DNA of 33,223 bases from Octopus bimaculoides (lineage: Eukaryota). Within the stretch, counting starts at the first letter, position 1. The number at the start of each line of letters is the position of its first letter. The DNA lies in NCBI RefSeq assembly GCF_001194135.2, contig NC_069008.1:17090454-17123676 (forward strand). Direction: 5' to 3'. Made by a program: the position numbers and the translations under genes. Shown here piece after piece: positions 32,044-33,223 of the stretch. The notes beneath the pieces were generated by a model. It searched no databases. It was not told the DNA's origin and saw nothing but the letters and a program-made list of their open reading frames with translations.

Positions 32044-32333
32044 GCAGGTAAAGAGACAGAGAGAAGAGAGAAAGTGTGAGCTAGAGAGAAAGATAGGTAG
32101 GCAGAGAGTAAGAGAAAGAGAGAGAGAGAGAGAGACAGAGAGGGACTGAGAAAGAGACAGGAGACAGAAGACAGAGACAAACAGACAGACTGACATGGAG
32201 ACAGAGAGAGAGAGAACACAGAGTGTGAGACAGGTAGACAGACAGAGAGAGAGATAGATAATCGAACTGACAGAGAGAGAGAGAGAGAGAGTGTGAGACA
32301 GATAGAGACAGACAGACAAGCAAACAGACAGCT

Positions 32334-32366
<33 letters not shown>

Positions 32367-32543
32367 TGGGCAAGCAGAAAGAGGAGTGTGAGACAGAGAG
32401 AAGGAACAGAGAGAGAGAGAGAGAGAGAGAGAAAAAGAGAGGAGAGTGGGAGACAGAGAGAGAGAGAGAGAGAGAGAAAAAGAGAGGAGAGTGGGAGACA
32501 GAGAGAAAGGACAGAGTGTGAGGTGAGACAGACAGACAGACAC

Positions 32544-32586
<43 letters not shown>
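32000..32586. repeat. (GA)n/(GACA)n purine-rich microsatellite filling most of the last intron of the - strand gene
   Basis: Direct inspection. Confidence 0.95.
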
Positions 32587-32603
32587 AGGGGGCTATGCCT
32601 TAC

Positions 32604-32938
32604 TTGTCATAGCCTGAAGGGTATTTCCTGTCACCATAGTCGTCTAGAGGGTGATAGAGCCTGTCACTAGCGGCCGGGCTACGATAGTCACTATCATACA
32701 TGGAACGGTCACGGTGATGCTGGCTCTGCTCTCGGGACATCTCAGGCCGACTCTTCTGGTAGCTGTGGCGACTGTCATGGCTGTGGCAGCTGCTCTCCCT
32801 CCGCCCGTCGTCGTGGCTACTCGACGAGGACAGCTTCTTCTGCTGCTGGGAGCTGCTGGATGACGAAGAGACCGACGTCTTGTCTGGGGTCCCAGGACTT
32901 TCGGCTGGCGTAGAGGCTGAGAAGCCACGCACCTCGAC
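32604..32938 (-). CDS. Unidentified gene, penultimate coding exon (335 nt; VEVRGFSASTPAESPGTPDK…HPLDDYGDRKYPSGYD), S/R/D/H-rich disordered region
   Basis: Inside ORF 32600-32944. Minus-strand acceptor ccttttttgcAG and donor AA|GTAAGG. GC-rich non-microsatellite island between (GA)n and (CAC)n tracts. Confidence 0.85.
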
Positions 32939-32969
32939 CTGCAAAAAAGGAACGACATTTAATTAACAC

Positions 32970-33212
32970 CTCCATCACAATCGTCATCATCATCATCAAC
33001 ACTATACCACCTCTACCCACCACCACAACTACTACCATCACCACCACCACCACTGCCGCTACCACCACCACCACTATCGCCACTACCATCACCACCACCA
33101 CCACTACTACCGCTACCGTCACCACTACTATCGCCCCCACCACCACCATTGCCACAACCACAACTACCACCACCACCACCACAACTACTACCACCACCAC
33201 CATCATCACTAC
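32970..33212. repeat. (CAC/CAT/TAC)n trinucleotide tract (intronic)
   Basis: Direct inspection; source of poly-V ORF 32817-33209. Confidence 0.95.
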
Positions 33213-33223
33213 TTTCGCCCCCA

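Noticed and set aside
31295-32938. Naming the - strand gene (e.g. CHD1, DHX9, XRN2 or FET family)
   Set aside because: Only low-complexity sequence is visible; no diagnostic motif supports a symbol.

Overview
Eukaryotic, AT-rich, gap-ridden genomic DNA packed with (CA)n, (TA)n, (GA)n, (TCTA)n and (CAC/CAT)n microsatellites and tRNA-derived SINEs. This repeat landscape is typical of an octopus (coleoid cephalopod) draft assembly; the taxon is inferred, not searched. Almost all ORFs in the supplied track are microsatellite or N-gap artefacts. Two real genes can be assembled by hand. (1) A + strand C1orf87-like (CREF, EF-hand-like) gene: 10 phase-compatible GT-AG coding exons at 15700-25450 give about 651 codons to the stop. 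The N-terminus is missing, and an extra exon probably runs into the gap at 15502-15665. (2) The last two exons of an unidentified - strand gene (32604-32938 and 31295-31559) encode an S/R/D/H-rich then RGG/[GS]Y-rich disordered C-terminus. The two genes converge. The most interesting non-coding signals are a hammerhead-ribozyme-like motif in a C1orf87 intron (19888-19963), a ~113-nt hairpin overlapping a second hammerhead-like core downstream of the stop (26219-26379), and an intronic YY1/E2F/ETS promoter-like cluster with an in-frame ATG (23886-24111). Also notable are a CTCF/forkhead/RFX-like cluster at 13.1-13.3 kb and several nested MITE/SINE insertions. No prokaryotic system, CRISPR array, rRNA or genuine tRNA gene is supported.
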